From: a virus
Taxonomy: Duplodnaviria; Caudoviricetes
Direction: 5' to 3' (one strand)
IMG/VR virus record: IMGVR_UViG_3300020042_005733
Span: 1 to 42,122 of that record
DNA length: 42,122 nt
This document shows positions 1-8,500 of the stretch, one piece after another. Under the pieces are notes generated by a model. It ran no database searches and had not been told where the DNA came from. It worked only from the letters and a program-made list of their open reading frames with translations. The position numbers and the translations under genes were made by a program. Numbering within the stretch: the first letter of the stretch is position 1; each line of letters begins with the position of its first letter.

Positions 1-2
1 TG

Positions 3-1028
3 ACCGGTCTTCCTTTGTCGACGGGCGTGACAGGCACGCTGGGAGCGGCAAACGGTGGTACAGGGGTTGCAAACAATGCGGCAATGACTGTCACGGGTTC
101 TGGCAACTTTGCTTACACCCGAACCCTGACGGGGACAACAAACGTCACATTGCCTACAACGGGAACTTTGGCAACCCTGGCGGGGACTGAGACTCTTACG
201 AACAAGACCTTAACAAGCCCAGTCCTGACCACGCCTGCGCTTGGCACTCCCGCTTCTGGCGTGATGACCAATGTGACGGGCTTGCCTTTGACGACGGGCG
301 TGACCGGAACTCTTCCTATTGCTAACGGCGGTACGGGTACAACTTCGACGACGTTTACTAACCTAACTACAAACGTAACGGGGACTCTTCCCATTGCCAA
401 TGGTGGCACGGGTACAACTTCGACGACGTTTACTAACCTAACCACAAACGTAACAGGGACCCTACCGGTTGCCAACGGCGGTTCTGGCGCAGTCACCTTG
501 ACGGGGGTTTTGAAGGGCAATGGCACTTCAGCGTTCACTGCGGCAACCGCAGGAACTGACTATGTAGCCCCCGGTACAGCAACCACTTTTACTGCACTTC
601 AGACCTTTAATGGTACTTCGTCAAATGCAAGCCATAAAGCAACGAACATGCTTGAAGTGGCGACTGTCTCTGCAATTGCCGCAACGGGAACAATTAACTT
701 TGACACAACAACTCAGTCAGTCCTGTACTACACGACCAGTGCTACGGGCAACTTTACCGTCAACTTCAGAGGTTCTAGCGGTACATCACTGAATACGGTT
801 ATGTCTACAGGCGAGTCTTTGTCTGCTACCTTCTTGGTGACAACGGGCGCTACGGCCTACTACAACTCTGTTGTCCAAGTTGATGGCTCCACTGTCACTC
901 CTAAGTGGCAGGGTGGTTCTGCCCCGACAAGCGGCAACGCAAGCTCAATTGACAGTTATACCTATGTGATTATCAAAACGGGAGCAGCAACATTCACTGT
1001 GCTGGCCTCTGTAACCAAGTTCGCATAA
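3..1028 (+). CDS. Tail fibre / virion structural protein, 5'-truncated by the window edge
   Basis: Frame is open from base 3, so the TTG at 15 is probably not the real start. Thr/Gly-rich with repeated LPxANGGTG motifs typical of phage tail fibres. Confidence 0.75.
   Translation, partial: TGLPLSTGVTGTLGAANGGTGVANNAAMTVTGSGNFAYTRTLTGTTNVTLPTTGTLATLAGTETLTNKTLTSPVLTTPALGTPASGVMTNVTGLPLTTGVTGTLPIANGGTGTTSTTFTNLTTNVTGTLPIANGGTGTTSTTFTNLTTNVTGTLPVANGGSGAVTLTGVLKGNGTSAFTAATAGTDYVAPGTATTFTALQTFNGTSSNASHKATNMLEVATVSAIAATGTINFDTTTQSVLYYTTSATGNFTVNFRGSSGTSLNTVMSTGESLSATFLVTTGATAYYNSVVQVDGSTVTPKWQGGSAPTSGNASSIDSYTYVIIKTGAATFTVLASVTKFA
309..483 (+). repeat. 75-nt coding tandem repeat (TLPIANGGTGTTSTTFTNLTTNVTG x2 plus a partial third copy)
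   Basis: Copies start at 309, 384 and 459; the first two differ only by synonymous changes. Confidence 0.9.
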
Positions 1029-1038
1029 GGACACGCAG

Positions 1039-3960
1039 ATGCCCCGTCTATCAAAAATTGGTGCAGCCGCTTTAGCAGCCTTTGGGTGGACTACTGGGGG
1101 AGCGTCTGTCAGTGCTAGTTACCTAGTTGTTGCTGGCGGCGGTGGGGCTACTAATAATGATTCAGGTGGTGGCGGCGCAGGTGGTTATAGAACTGCAACA
1201 GCGTCTCTTAATCCCACATTGTCATACACGGTTACCGTAGGCGCAGGTGGCGCAGGAGTAAGCGATTCTGCTATTGCAGGTGCAAGCGGCGGTGATTCTG
1301 TTTTTAGTGTTACAACATCTTCGGGTGGCGGTGGTGGGCGTTCGGGAACTTTTGCTGGTGTAGCAGGTGGTTCGGGCGGTGGCGGCGGTTGGAATTATGG
1401 TACTGGCGGCGCAGGTAATACTCCATCGACTTCTCCAGCACAAGGTTTTGCTGGTGGAAGTGGTTATTGGCCTGGTTCAGGCTCTCCATATTCAGGCGGT
1501 GGTGGCGGTGGTGCTGGCGCTGTTGGAACTAACGCAACAATTAGCGCCGCAGGTATTGGCGGTGTCGGCGTCTCATCATCTATTTCAGGAACTGCGACTT
1601 ACTATGCTGGCGGCGGTGGTGGTGGTGGCGAAGGTATTAACGGAGGTGCAGGTGGATTGGGCGGCGGTGGTGCTGGCGGTAGATATGCTACATACACTGC
1701 CACATCAGGAACTGCAAGCACAGGCGGCGGCGGTGGTGGTGCTGGTACTGGCACTGGCGGTAACGGCGGCAGCGGCATTGTTATTGTTTCCTATGCTGGC
1801 GCACAACAATTCAGCGGTGGTGTAGTTTCGTCATCAGGCGGCAACACCATTCACACATTCACCACATCGGGAACTCTTGGCCCTGTTACTCCTTTGTCTG
1901 CAAACTACCTTGTGGTTGCTGGCGGTGGTGGTGGTGCGGGTGGTGATGGCGGTGGCGGTGGAGCGGGTGGTTTGTTGTCAGGCTCTGCACTAATCATTGA
2001 CCCTTACTCAACTTACATCGTAAACGTAGGTTCTGGAGGTGCGGGTACTACGGCTGGCACAAATGGGGTTAACGGCACAAATTCAAGTTTTAGCGCATAC
2101 GGTACAGCCGCAGTAGGGGGAGGCGGTGGCGGTACTCTTGGCGGCGTTGCTGGAGGTTCAGGTGGTGGTGGCGGTGCTGGTCAATTAGCAAGCCAAACTG
2201 GAGGCGCAGGTACATCAGGACAAGGTAATGCTGGCGGTACAAGTTCAAGCACCCAATATGGCGGTGGGGCTGGCGGCGGTGGCGCGGGTGCAGTAGGCTC
2301 AAATGGTTCAGGTCAGGTTGGCGGTGCTGGCGGTATTGGTTCTACATCTTCAATAAGCGGAACATCTGCATATTATGCTGGCGGCGGCGGTGGTGGCAGT
2401 GGGAATACATCGGGAACTGCTGGTGCTGGCGGAAACGGTGGAGGCGGCGCGGGTTCAGCGGGAGTCGCAACAGCAACTGCGGGTACAGCAAATACTGGCG
2501 GTGGTGGCGGTGGTGGTGGCGGTCAAAGTGGTGTTGGCAACGGAACAGGCAATTCAGGCGGTTCAGGCGTAGTCATCATCTCTTACGCTGGTGCTACACA
2601 ACTCATGGCTGGTGGAGTAGTAACGATTGCTGGTGGCAATGTCATCCACACATTTAACTCAAGCGGCTTCCTGTCACCCTTGACGCTGCTTACCCGCAGC
2701 CTACGGTTTCGGTCTAGTGCAAGTGCTTATTTAGAAAAAACTTTAACAACACCTACCAACAACAAAGTATTTACTTGGTCTGGTTGGATTAAGCGTGGAA
2801 TTATTAGTTCTGGATACCCTAAATTATTTTCTGCCGCTTCTTCACAAACAACAAATTCATACGATACTATTGGTTTTGAAGGTGATAACATTGCTATCCA
2901 TTGGAATGGCGCTGGAAGTGGTTATTTAGTAACTACAGCAGTATATCGTGACACAGCAGCTTGGTATCATGTTTGTGTTGCGATAGATACAACTCAAGCA
3001 ACAGCATCAAATCGTTGTAATCTGTATGTAAACGGAACTCAAGTAACATCATTTAGCGCTGCAACTTATCCAGCACAAAACTATTCACAACTGTTTAATT
3101 CTGCGGTTGGTCATCGTTTTGCAGTGGGTCAATCAGGCGCAGGGTTACAGTATTACTTCGACGGCTACATGGCAGAAGTTAACTTCATTGACGGACAAGC
3201 CCTAGCCCCAACAGCGTTTGGAACAGTGAACTCATACGGTGTATGGCAACCCATCACCTACGGCGGCTCATACGGCACAAACGGCTTTTACCTGCCGTTC
3301 ACCAACAACGCAAGCGCAGCCACCCTTGGTAACGACTTCAGTGGCAACAGCAACACTTGGACAACTAACAACATCAGCGTCACTGCGGGTTCAACCTACG
3401 ACAGCATGACCGATGTGCCTACACTGACCAGTGCGACTGCGGCTAACTATGCTGTTATGAACCCGTTGAGTGCCACATCACCAACTATTATTTCAAATGG
3501 AAATTTGACCGTAGCAACAGGAGTGTCGGGTGGCGGCGGGGCGTGGTCAACAATTGCTCTAACATCTGGAAAATACTATTTTGAATTTACTGCCACAGGA
3601 ATTTCAGGTGCGTCTTGTAGGATGGGAGTTAATGACAGCACAAGAACTAATGGTGTCGAGTATTACGACAATGGAGATAAAGTTGTAAATGGTTCTCAAA
3701 CCTCTTACGGTGCGTCCTACACCGATGGCGACTTAATTGGAGTTGCCTGTGATTTGGTTGCCAACACAATAACTTTTTACAAAAACAACACAAGCCAAGG
3801 GGCAATTAGTTACTCCACTTGGTCAACTATCAATATGTTTGCATTTTGTGCTGATGGTAGCGGGTCAAGTGGAATTACCGCCAACTTTAACTTCGGCCAA
3901 CGTCCTTTTGCCTACACACCCCCAAGCGGCTTTGTAGCCCTCAACACTTACAACCTATAA
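1039..3960 (+). CDS. Glycine-rich tail fibre / receptor-binding protein with ConA-like (LamG) and SPRY-like domains
   Basis: Two Gly-rich units (YLVVAGGGG...GGSGxVIxSY...IHTFxxSG), then SLRF...FTWSGWIKRG...WYHV...FDGYMAEVNFIDG and GKYYFE...GDLIGVA...NFGQRPFAYTPPSGF. RBS AAGGA. Confidence 0.8.
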   Translation: MPRLSKIGAAALAAFGWTTGGASVSASYLVVAGGGGATNNDSGGGGAGGYRTATASLNPTLSYTVTVGAGGAGVSDSAIAGASGGDSVFSVTTSSGGGGGRSGTFAGVAGGSGGGGGWNYGTGGAGNTPSTSPAQGFAGGSGYWPGSGSPYSGGGGGGAGAVGTNATISAAGIGGVGVSSSISGTATYYAGGGGGGGEGINGGAGGLGGGGAGGRYATYTATSGTASTGGGGGGAGTGTGGNGGSGIVIVSYAGAQQFSGGVVSSSGGNTIHTFTTSGTLGPVTPLSANYLVVAGGGGGAGGDGGGGGAGGLLSGSALIIDPYSTYIVNVGSGGAGTTAGTNGVNGTNSSFSAYGTAAVGGGGGGTLGGVAGGSGGGGGAGQLASQTGGAGTSGQGNAGGTSSSTQYGGGAGGGGAGAVGSNGSGQVGGAGGIGSTSSISGTSAYYAGGGGGGSGNTSGTAGAGGNGGGGAGSAGVATATAGTANTGGGGGGGGGQSGVGNGTGNSGGSGVVIISYAGATQLMAGGVVTIAGGNVIHTFNSSGFLSPLTLLTRSLRFRSSASAYLEKTLTTPTNNKVFTWSGWIKRGIISSGYPKLFSAASSQTTNSYDTIGFEGDNIAIHWNGAGSGYLVTTAVYRDTAAWYHVCVAIDTTQATASNRCNLYVNGTQVTSFSAATYPAQNYSQLFNSAVGHRFAVGQSGAGLQYYFDGYMAEVNFIDGQALAPTAFGTVNSYGVWQPITYGGSYGTNGFYLPFTNNASAATLGNDFSGNSNTWTTNNISVTAGSTYDSMTDVPTLTSATAANYAVMNPLSATSPTIISNGNLTVATGVSGGGGAWSTIALTSGKYYFEFTATGISGASCRMGVNDSTRTNGVEYYDNGDKVVNGSQTSYGASYTDGDLIGVACDLVANTITFYKNNTSQGAISYSTWSTINMFAFCADGSGSSGITANFNFGQRPFAYTPPSGFVALNTYNL

Positions 3961-3964
3961 GACT

Positions 3965-5014
3965 ATGCCAACAACATACGCAATTCCTGATGGTCGAGTG
4001 GCAATGGCGTGTACTACTTACACAGGCACAGGGGCAAACGCATCTATTGTCAACACGGTTAACGGTGTAAGTTTTCAGCCTGACTTTGTCTGGATTAAAG
4101 ACAGGAGTGTTGGCTACAACCATGTGCTGCAAGATTCTGTTCGTGGAGCCACAGCAGCCGCAAAACTAAGTTCTAACTTAACCGACGCAGAAGGAAGTGC
4201 AAACTTAGCCCCTTATGGCAATGTTTCTGCATTCAACTCTAACGGATTTTCTTTGGTTGCGGGTTCTGTTGACTCACGGCAAACCAATGCCAGTGGCGAT
4301 GCTTATATTGGCTGGCAATGGAAAGCAGGAGGCACTGCTGTCTCTAACACTGCTGGCTCAATAACCTCGTCAGTGTCGGCTAACACTACGGCAGGGTTTA
4401 GTGTGGTGACTTATACGGGTAATGCTACAAACCCATCTACTGTTGGTCATGGGCTTGGTGTTGTGCCAAGCATGATTATTATTAAAAACAGAAGCGTTGT
4501 TTCGTCTTGGCTTACTTATCACCAATCAATTGGCAATACTAATTATTTGTTGCTAGATGCAACTATTGCATCTGCCGCATCTGCAAGTGCGTGGAACAAT
4601 ACAACACCAACAAGCACTGTATTTACTATTGGTAGTTTTGGCAATGGCAACGGAAATGGAATAGTCGCCTATTGCTTCGCCCCAGTAGCAGGATATTCAG
4701 CCTTTGGTAGTTACACAGGCAATGGAAGTGCTGATGGGCCTTTTGTGTACCTTGGGTTTAGACCAAGGTTTGTGATGATTAAATGGACTAACGTAGAGAG
4801 CTGGTACATCTTCGACACCTCGCGTGGGACATATAACGTCATCGGACCATACATGGTGCCAAACACATCCGCTGCCGAAGCCACGTACACGGCTGTGGAT
4901 ATTCTTTCAAACGGCTTTAAGCTCCGAGACACAAACAACTTTGTGAACTCAAGCGGCACTTACATCTACGCAGCCTTTGCCGAAAACCCGACAAAATTTG
5001 CGAATGCCCGCTGA
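3965..5014 (+). CDS. Tail fibre-associated beta-rich protein (FQPDFVWIK family)
   Basis: Repeated YTGNG and P.xxxIK.R units (FQPDFVWIKDR, PSMIIIKNR, FRPRFVMIK) seen in phage tail proteins. Confidence 0.7.
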   Translation: MPTTYAIPDGRVAMACTTYTGTGANASIVNTVNGVSFQPDFVWIKDRSVGYNHVLQDSVRGATAAAKLSSNLTDAEGSANLAPYGNVSAFNSNGFSLVAGSVDSRQTNASGDAYIGWQWKAGGTAVSNTAGSITSSVSANTTAGFSVVTYTGNATNPSTVGHGLGVVPSMIIIKNRSVVSSWLTYHQSIGNTNYLLLDATIASAASASAWNNTTPTSTVFTIGSFGNGNGNGIVAYCFAPVAGYSAFGSYTGNGSADGPFVYLGFRPRFVMIKWTNVESWYIFDTSRGTYNVIGPYMVPNTSAAEATYTAVDILSNGFKLRDTNNFVNSSGTYIYAAFAENPTKFANAR

Positions 5015-5021
5015 GATAAAA

Positions 5022-5543
5022 ATGCCACAAGGAAGATTCCACACAGACAAGTCAGGCAACCGTTTTGGGATGCTTACGCTTGTTACTATGCTGAACCAAA
5101 AAAGTGGCAATGGTAGCTATCGTTACATTGTCCAATGTGATTGCGGTGAAAGCAAAGCTATTTACTATAATCAAATGGCTAGTGGTCGCTCTAAATCTTG
5201 TGGATGTTTATCTCGCAGAAAAGGTATTGACAGCCCAAATTGGAAACATGGGCGCAGTCAAACAAAAGAATATGACCTAGAATTACATATGAAACGGGCT
5301 TATGGTTTAGGTTTTAAAGAGTACGAAGAAATGCTTTTTAGTCAAAATGGAGTTTGTGCTATTTGTAATAGTGAGCCACCAAAGAATCAGCATAAAACAA
5401 GATTAAACATTGACCATTGCCATGCCACAGGAAAGGTACGAGGATTGCTTTGTGATGCTTGTAATCGTGCCATTGGGTTGCTAAAAGATAGTCAAGACTT
5501 GCTTGAAAAAGCAAAACAATACTTAAACGCTAACGCTCGATAA
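5022..5543 (+). CDS. Endonuclease VII-family (HNH-like) putative homing endonuclease
   Basis: C-terminal CAIC...IDHCHATGKVRGLLCDACNRAIG; N-terminal RFGML...QCDCG...SKSCGC DNA-binding module; more AT-rich than its neighbours. ATG 5022 preferred as start. Confidence 0.85.
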   Translation: MPQGRFHTDKSGNRFGMLTLVTMLNQKSGNGSYRYIVQCDCGESKAIYYNQMASGRSKSCGCLSRRKGIDSPNWKHGRSQTKEYDLELHMKRAYGLGFKEYEEMLFSQNGVCAICNSEPPKNQHKTRLNIDHCHATGKVRGLLCDACNRAIGLLKDSQDLLEKAKQYLNANAR

Positions 5544-5552
5544 GGAAAAATC

Positions 5553-6080
5553 ATGAGTCATTTTGCAAAAGTAGAAAACGGTTTAGTAACCCAAGTGGTT
5601 GTAGCCGAACAGGAATTCATTGACACAGGTGCGCTTGGTCACGGATGGGTTCAAACCTCGTACAACACCATTGGCGGCGTTCACACCCAAGGCGGCACTC
5701 CACTGCGGGGCAACTACGCTGGCGTAGGCTTTACCTATGACGCTACCAATGACGTGTTCTACGCACCGCAACCCTTTGACAACTGGGTAATGAATTCATC
5801 ATGGCTGTGGGTTCCCCCGATTGCTATGCCTGTGGACGAATACTTCTACACATGGAACCAAGAGACAACAACATGGGTGCAAGGCGACCTGCGCCCAATC
5901 CCTGAGCCAATTCCTGAGCCAGTGGTCGAACCCGTCGTTGAAGCAGTGGTTGAACCAGTCGTCGAACCAGTCGTCGAACCCGTTGTAGAGCCTGTAGCAG
6001 CCACTGAGCCTGTTGTGGAGCCTGAAGTGGCAGTTGAGACTCCAGTAACCCCTGAGACCCCAGAAACGGTGCAACCATGA
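5553..6080 (+). CDS. Conserved phage tail-associated protein with Pro/Glu/Val-rich C-terminal tail
   Basis: MSHFAK...WVQTSYNT...PLRGNYAGVGFTYD motif; RBS AAGGA; VVEP repeats. Confidence 0.7.
   Translation: MSHFAKVENGLVTQVVVAEQEFIDTGALGHGWVQTSYNTIGGVHTQGGTPLRGNYAGVGFTYDATNDVFYAPQPFDNWVMNSSWLWVPPIAMPVDEYFYTWNQETTTWVQGDLRPIPEPIPEPVVEPVVEAVVEPVVEPVVEPVVEPVAATEPVVEPEVAVETPVTPETPETVQP
5895..6065 (+). repeat. Low-complexity 12-nt coding repeats (VVEP/PIPE)
   Basis: GTCGTCGAACCA-like units encoding (VVEP)n. Confidence 0.85.
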
Positions 6081-6223
6081 ACGAACTCACACTTTCTACC
6101 AAACTAGTTAACGCCGTTCTTGGCTACCTTGGCTCACGCCCCTACCAAGAGGTTTTTCAATTGATTGACAGCATTCAAGCGGAAGCCAAGAGTCAACTTG
6201 AAACCCCAAAGGTAGAGGAATAA
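6077..6223 (+). CDS. Small hypothetical protein, 48 aa (not in ORF track)
   Basis: MNELTLSTKLVNAVLGYLGSRPYQEVFQLIDSIQAEAKSQLETPKVEE; ATGA and TAATG overlaps with both neighbours. Confidence 0.75.
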   Translation: MNELTLSTKLVNAVLGYLGSRPYQEVFQLIDSIQAEAKSQLETPKVEE

Positions 6224-6438
6224 TGGAAGCTATTCAAGAACTTGCCACCGGGACTGACAAGCGGTTGAGCGTCCACGAAGCTATTTGCGCCCAAAGGTAC
6301 GAAAGCATTCAGGCGCGTTTTGACGACGGTTCCAAGCGTATGACCAAGATTGAGTACCTCTTGTATGTAGTCATTGCTGCGGTGCTTTTAGGGCCGGGCT
6401 TTGTTGCTGAATTTATAAAAAAACTGGTTGGAATGTGA
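6223..6438 (+). CDS. Small coiled-coil protein with C-terminal transmembrane segment (XhlA-like architecture)
   Basis: HEAICAQRY coiled coil followed by hydrophobic LLYVVIAAVLLG; RBS GAGGA. Confidence 0.7.
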   Translation: MEAIQELATGTDKRLSVHEAICAQRYESIQARFDDGSKRMTKIEYLLYVVIAAVLLGPGFVAEFIKKLVGM

Positions 6439-6608
6439 TTGATGTTGCGTCCGCACAGATACCTTGGCCCAACACGGAACAAAAAGTCGTGCTGGTTTGC
6501 CGTGTCGTGCTGCCGCAAGAAAAGTATGGGGCTAATGAGTTTTTAGACAAAGACGGGCGGGTGTGCCGTTGGGTACTGGAGGTGGTTAAGAAAGAACGCC
6601 ATGATTGA
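6435..6608 (+). CDS. Small hypothetical protein, 57 aa (not in ORF track)
   Basis: GTGA overlap start; VIDVASAQIPWPNTEQKVVLVCR...KERHD fills the gap exactly. Confidence 0.55.
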   Translation: MIDVASAQIPWPNTEQKVVLVCRVVLPQEKYGANEFLDKDGRVCRWVLEVVKKERHD

Positions 6609-7074
6609 CCCTATAACAGCGTTTGCGGCTGCTAGGGCGGCTGTATCGGGAATCCAAGCAGCCATAAAGCTGGGGAAGGATATTCAAGGCATCACTGGCG
6701 ATGTGATGAAGTTCTTTGATGCCAAAGACGTTGTTGCAAAGCAGGCGGTCAAAGACCCAAAGAAGAAATACAGTTCAGATACCAGCCAAGCAATGAGTAC
6801 CGTCATGCAACTGCATGAACTCAATAAAGCCGAGGAAGAATTGAAGTGGCACTTTATCAATCAAGGCCACAGCGCTTTGTGGACACAGATTGTTTTAGAG
6901 CGCAATTCGATTGTGCAGCGCAGGAAAGTGCAGGAAATACTGGATGCTAAAGCGGCTAAGAACAGGAAAGCAGAGATTGATGAAGCCATCACGATGGGGC
7001 TTTGCGTACTGGTAGCCGCAGCCATATTTACGTTGGTGGCTTGGGGTGTAATTGCTTTGAAAGGGAAATTCTGA
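6601..7074 (+). CDS. Hypothetical protein with C-terminal transmembrane segment
   Basis: MIDPITAFAAA N-terminus, coiled coil, hydrophobic C-terminus; lies in the lysis cassette. Confidence 0.75.
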   Translation: MIDPITAFAAARAAVSGIQAAIKLGKDIQGITGDVMKFFDAKDVVAKQAVKDPKKKYSSDTSQAMSTVMQLHELNKAEEELKWHFINQGHSALWTQIVLERNSIVQRRKVQEILDAKAAKNRKAEIDEAITMGLCVLVAAAIFTLVAWGVIALKGKF

Positions 7075-7349
7075 TGTTTGATGTAAATGCCGTAGACCCA
7101 AGCAACAATGTTGCTAAGAACTTCATTTATCTATTTGCGTGGTTCTGGTCGATTACGTCAGTCCTTTACTTTTTCTCAGTGACGTTTATTCCTATGCCAC
7201 AAGGCGCAAGGGACTTTGCCAACATCATCCTTGGCTTTTTGCTAGGCACTGCGGTGGCAACAATTATTAGTTTCTTCTATGGCTCTTCCAAGTCATCAAA
7301 AGACAAGACCGAAGCAATGATGAAAGCCGATGATGTTAAGTCTGCTTGA
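7074..7349 (+). CDS. Putative holin (2 TM)
   Basis: Start reassigned to ATG 7074 (TGATG overlap); two hydrophobic helices, FFYGSS and a charged tail; directly upstream of the spanins and endolysin. Confidence 0.65.
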   Translation: MFDVNAVDPSNNVAKNFIYLFAWFWSITSVLYFFSVTFIPMPQGARDFANIILGFLLGTAVATIISFFYGSSKSSKDKTEAMMKADDVKSA

Positions 7350-7791
7350 CCCCAAAATCTGGTTAGCTTTTATATTGGCTGTCGGCATATCGTTTGCCGT
7401 GGGTCACCATAAAGGTTACGCTGAATCCGAGGCAGAACAAGCCGCTGCCATCGTGGAAGCCAACCTACAGGCTCGCCAGGTTGAGCAAGCCATGACGACA
7501 AAACTCAATGAAATGACCGCAAAACTTAGGAAAGAAAACGATGCTGCAAAATCTCAAATTACTACTCTGCGTAATGATGTTGCCTCTGGTGCTGTCAGGC
7601 TGTCAATCGCTACGCAAGCCAGTGTACAAACCACCAGTGATACCGCCCCTGCCAGTGGAAATAAGCAAGCAAGAGCCGAACTTGACCCAGCGGCTGCTAA
7701 CACTCTTATCTCCATCGCAGCTGACGGAGACGAAGCCATCCGCAAACTCAACTCCTGCATCGACTCCTACAACCAAGTGAGGATTAAATGA
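7330..7791 (+). CDS. Rz: Rz-like inner-membrane spanin
   Basis: N-terminal TM, coiled coil, LRNDVASGAVRLSI and AELDPAAA...IAADGD motifs; contains a nested lipoprotein ORF. Confidence 0.85.
   Translation: MMLSLLDPKIWLAFILAVGISFAVGHHKGYAESEAEQAAAIVEANLQARQVEQAMTTKLNEMTAKLRKENDAAKSQITTLRNDVASGAVRLSIATQASVQTTSDTAPASGNKQARAELDPAAANTLISIAADGDEAIRKLNSCIDSYNQVRIK
7541..7780 (+). CDS. Rz1: Rz1-like outer-membrane spanin lipoprotein nested in the +1 frame of Rz
   Basis: Signal peptide ending in lipobox LSG-C21, Pro-rich mature part, fully embedded in Rz. Confidence 0.8.
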   Translation: MLQNLKLLLCVMMLPLVLSGCQSLRKPVYKPPVIPPLPVEISKQEPNLTQRLLTLLSPSQLTETKPSANSTPASTPTTK

Positions 7792-8252
7792 AGCTGTCTC
7801 AAAACTTTACTCTTGCAGAACTGGTTAAAAGCCACGAGGCTACGCGCAAGGGATTGAACAACACCCCAACGCAGGAAGTCATTGGCAACCTGCAAGACCT
7901 GTCCAACCTGGTGCTCCAGCCAATACGTGACCACTTTGATAAATCGGTTACTGTGAACAGCGGGTACCGCAGTCCCGAGGTCAATGCTGCCGTTGGGGGG
8001 AGCAAGACCAGCGACCATTGCAAGGGGCAGGCGGCAGACATTGAAATTGCTGGCGTGCCCAATGCGGAGTTGGCCGAGTGGATTCGTGATAATTTAGCCT
8101 TTACTCAGGTTATCCTTGAGTTCTATACTCAGGGTATCCCGGACAGCGGTTGGGTTCATGTGTCCTACGACCCTGCAAATCTGAAGAAACAGTCGCTGAC
8201 CGCTGTTAAACAAGACGGTAAAACGGTTTACCTACCCGGCCTGGTTGCGTAA
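7788..8252 (+). CDS. Endolysin, peptidase M15A family
   Basis: SGYRS..VN.AVGGS..SDH..GQAADI and WVHVSY zinc-peptidase motifs. Confidence 0.9.
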   Translation: MKLSQNFTLAELVKSHEATRKGLNNTPTQEVIGNLQDLSNLVLQPIRDHFDKSVTVNSGYRSPEVNAAVGGSKTSDHCKGQAADIEIAGVPNAELAEWIRDNLAFTQVILEFYTQGIPDSGWVHVSYDPANLKKQSLTAVKQDGKTVYLPGLVA

Positions 8253-8276
8253 AATGCCTGAAAAGCGAGGTAAACA

Positions 8277-8489
8277 ATGAGGCTACAGAATCTTTCTAGA
8301 GCGCTGCCTGAGGGCCTTATCGAGCCGGCGCATGCCATAGAGGTGCTTTGTGCCGCGTGTGGCTATGACCTGGACGAGTCTGAGCTAGAAGCAGATACCT
8401 GTTCGGATTGTGGGCAGGTGTTAAGCCTTCAGCGTTCAGTGGCCATTGAGATTACCACCGTTCCTGCTGCGGCAGGGGCAACAATGTAA
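8277..8489 (+). CDS. Small zinc-ribbon protein
   Basis: CAAC...CSDC; RBS GAGG. Confidence 0.7.
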   Translation: MRLQNLSRALPEGLIEPAHAIEVLCAACGYDLDESELEADTCSDCGQVLSLQRSVAIEITTVPAAAGATM

Positions 8490-8500
8490 TTAGGACGCAT

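Noticed and set aside
113-2572. Alternative-frame and antisense ORFs over the tail genes
   Set aside because: Shadows of repetitive Gly/Thr codons; no RBS or recognisable motifs.
1039-5014. Diversity-generating retroelement acting on tail genes
   Set aside because: No reverse transcriptase and no TR/VR pair differing at adenines was seen.
4977-5543. Group I intron carrying the endonuclease
   Set aside because: The upstream gene has its own complete end and stop, and there is no non-coding room for an intron core.
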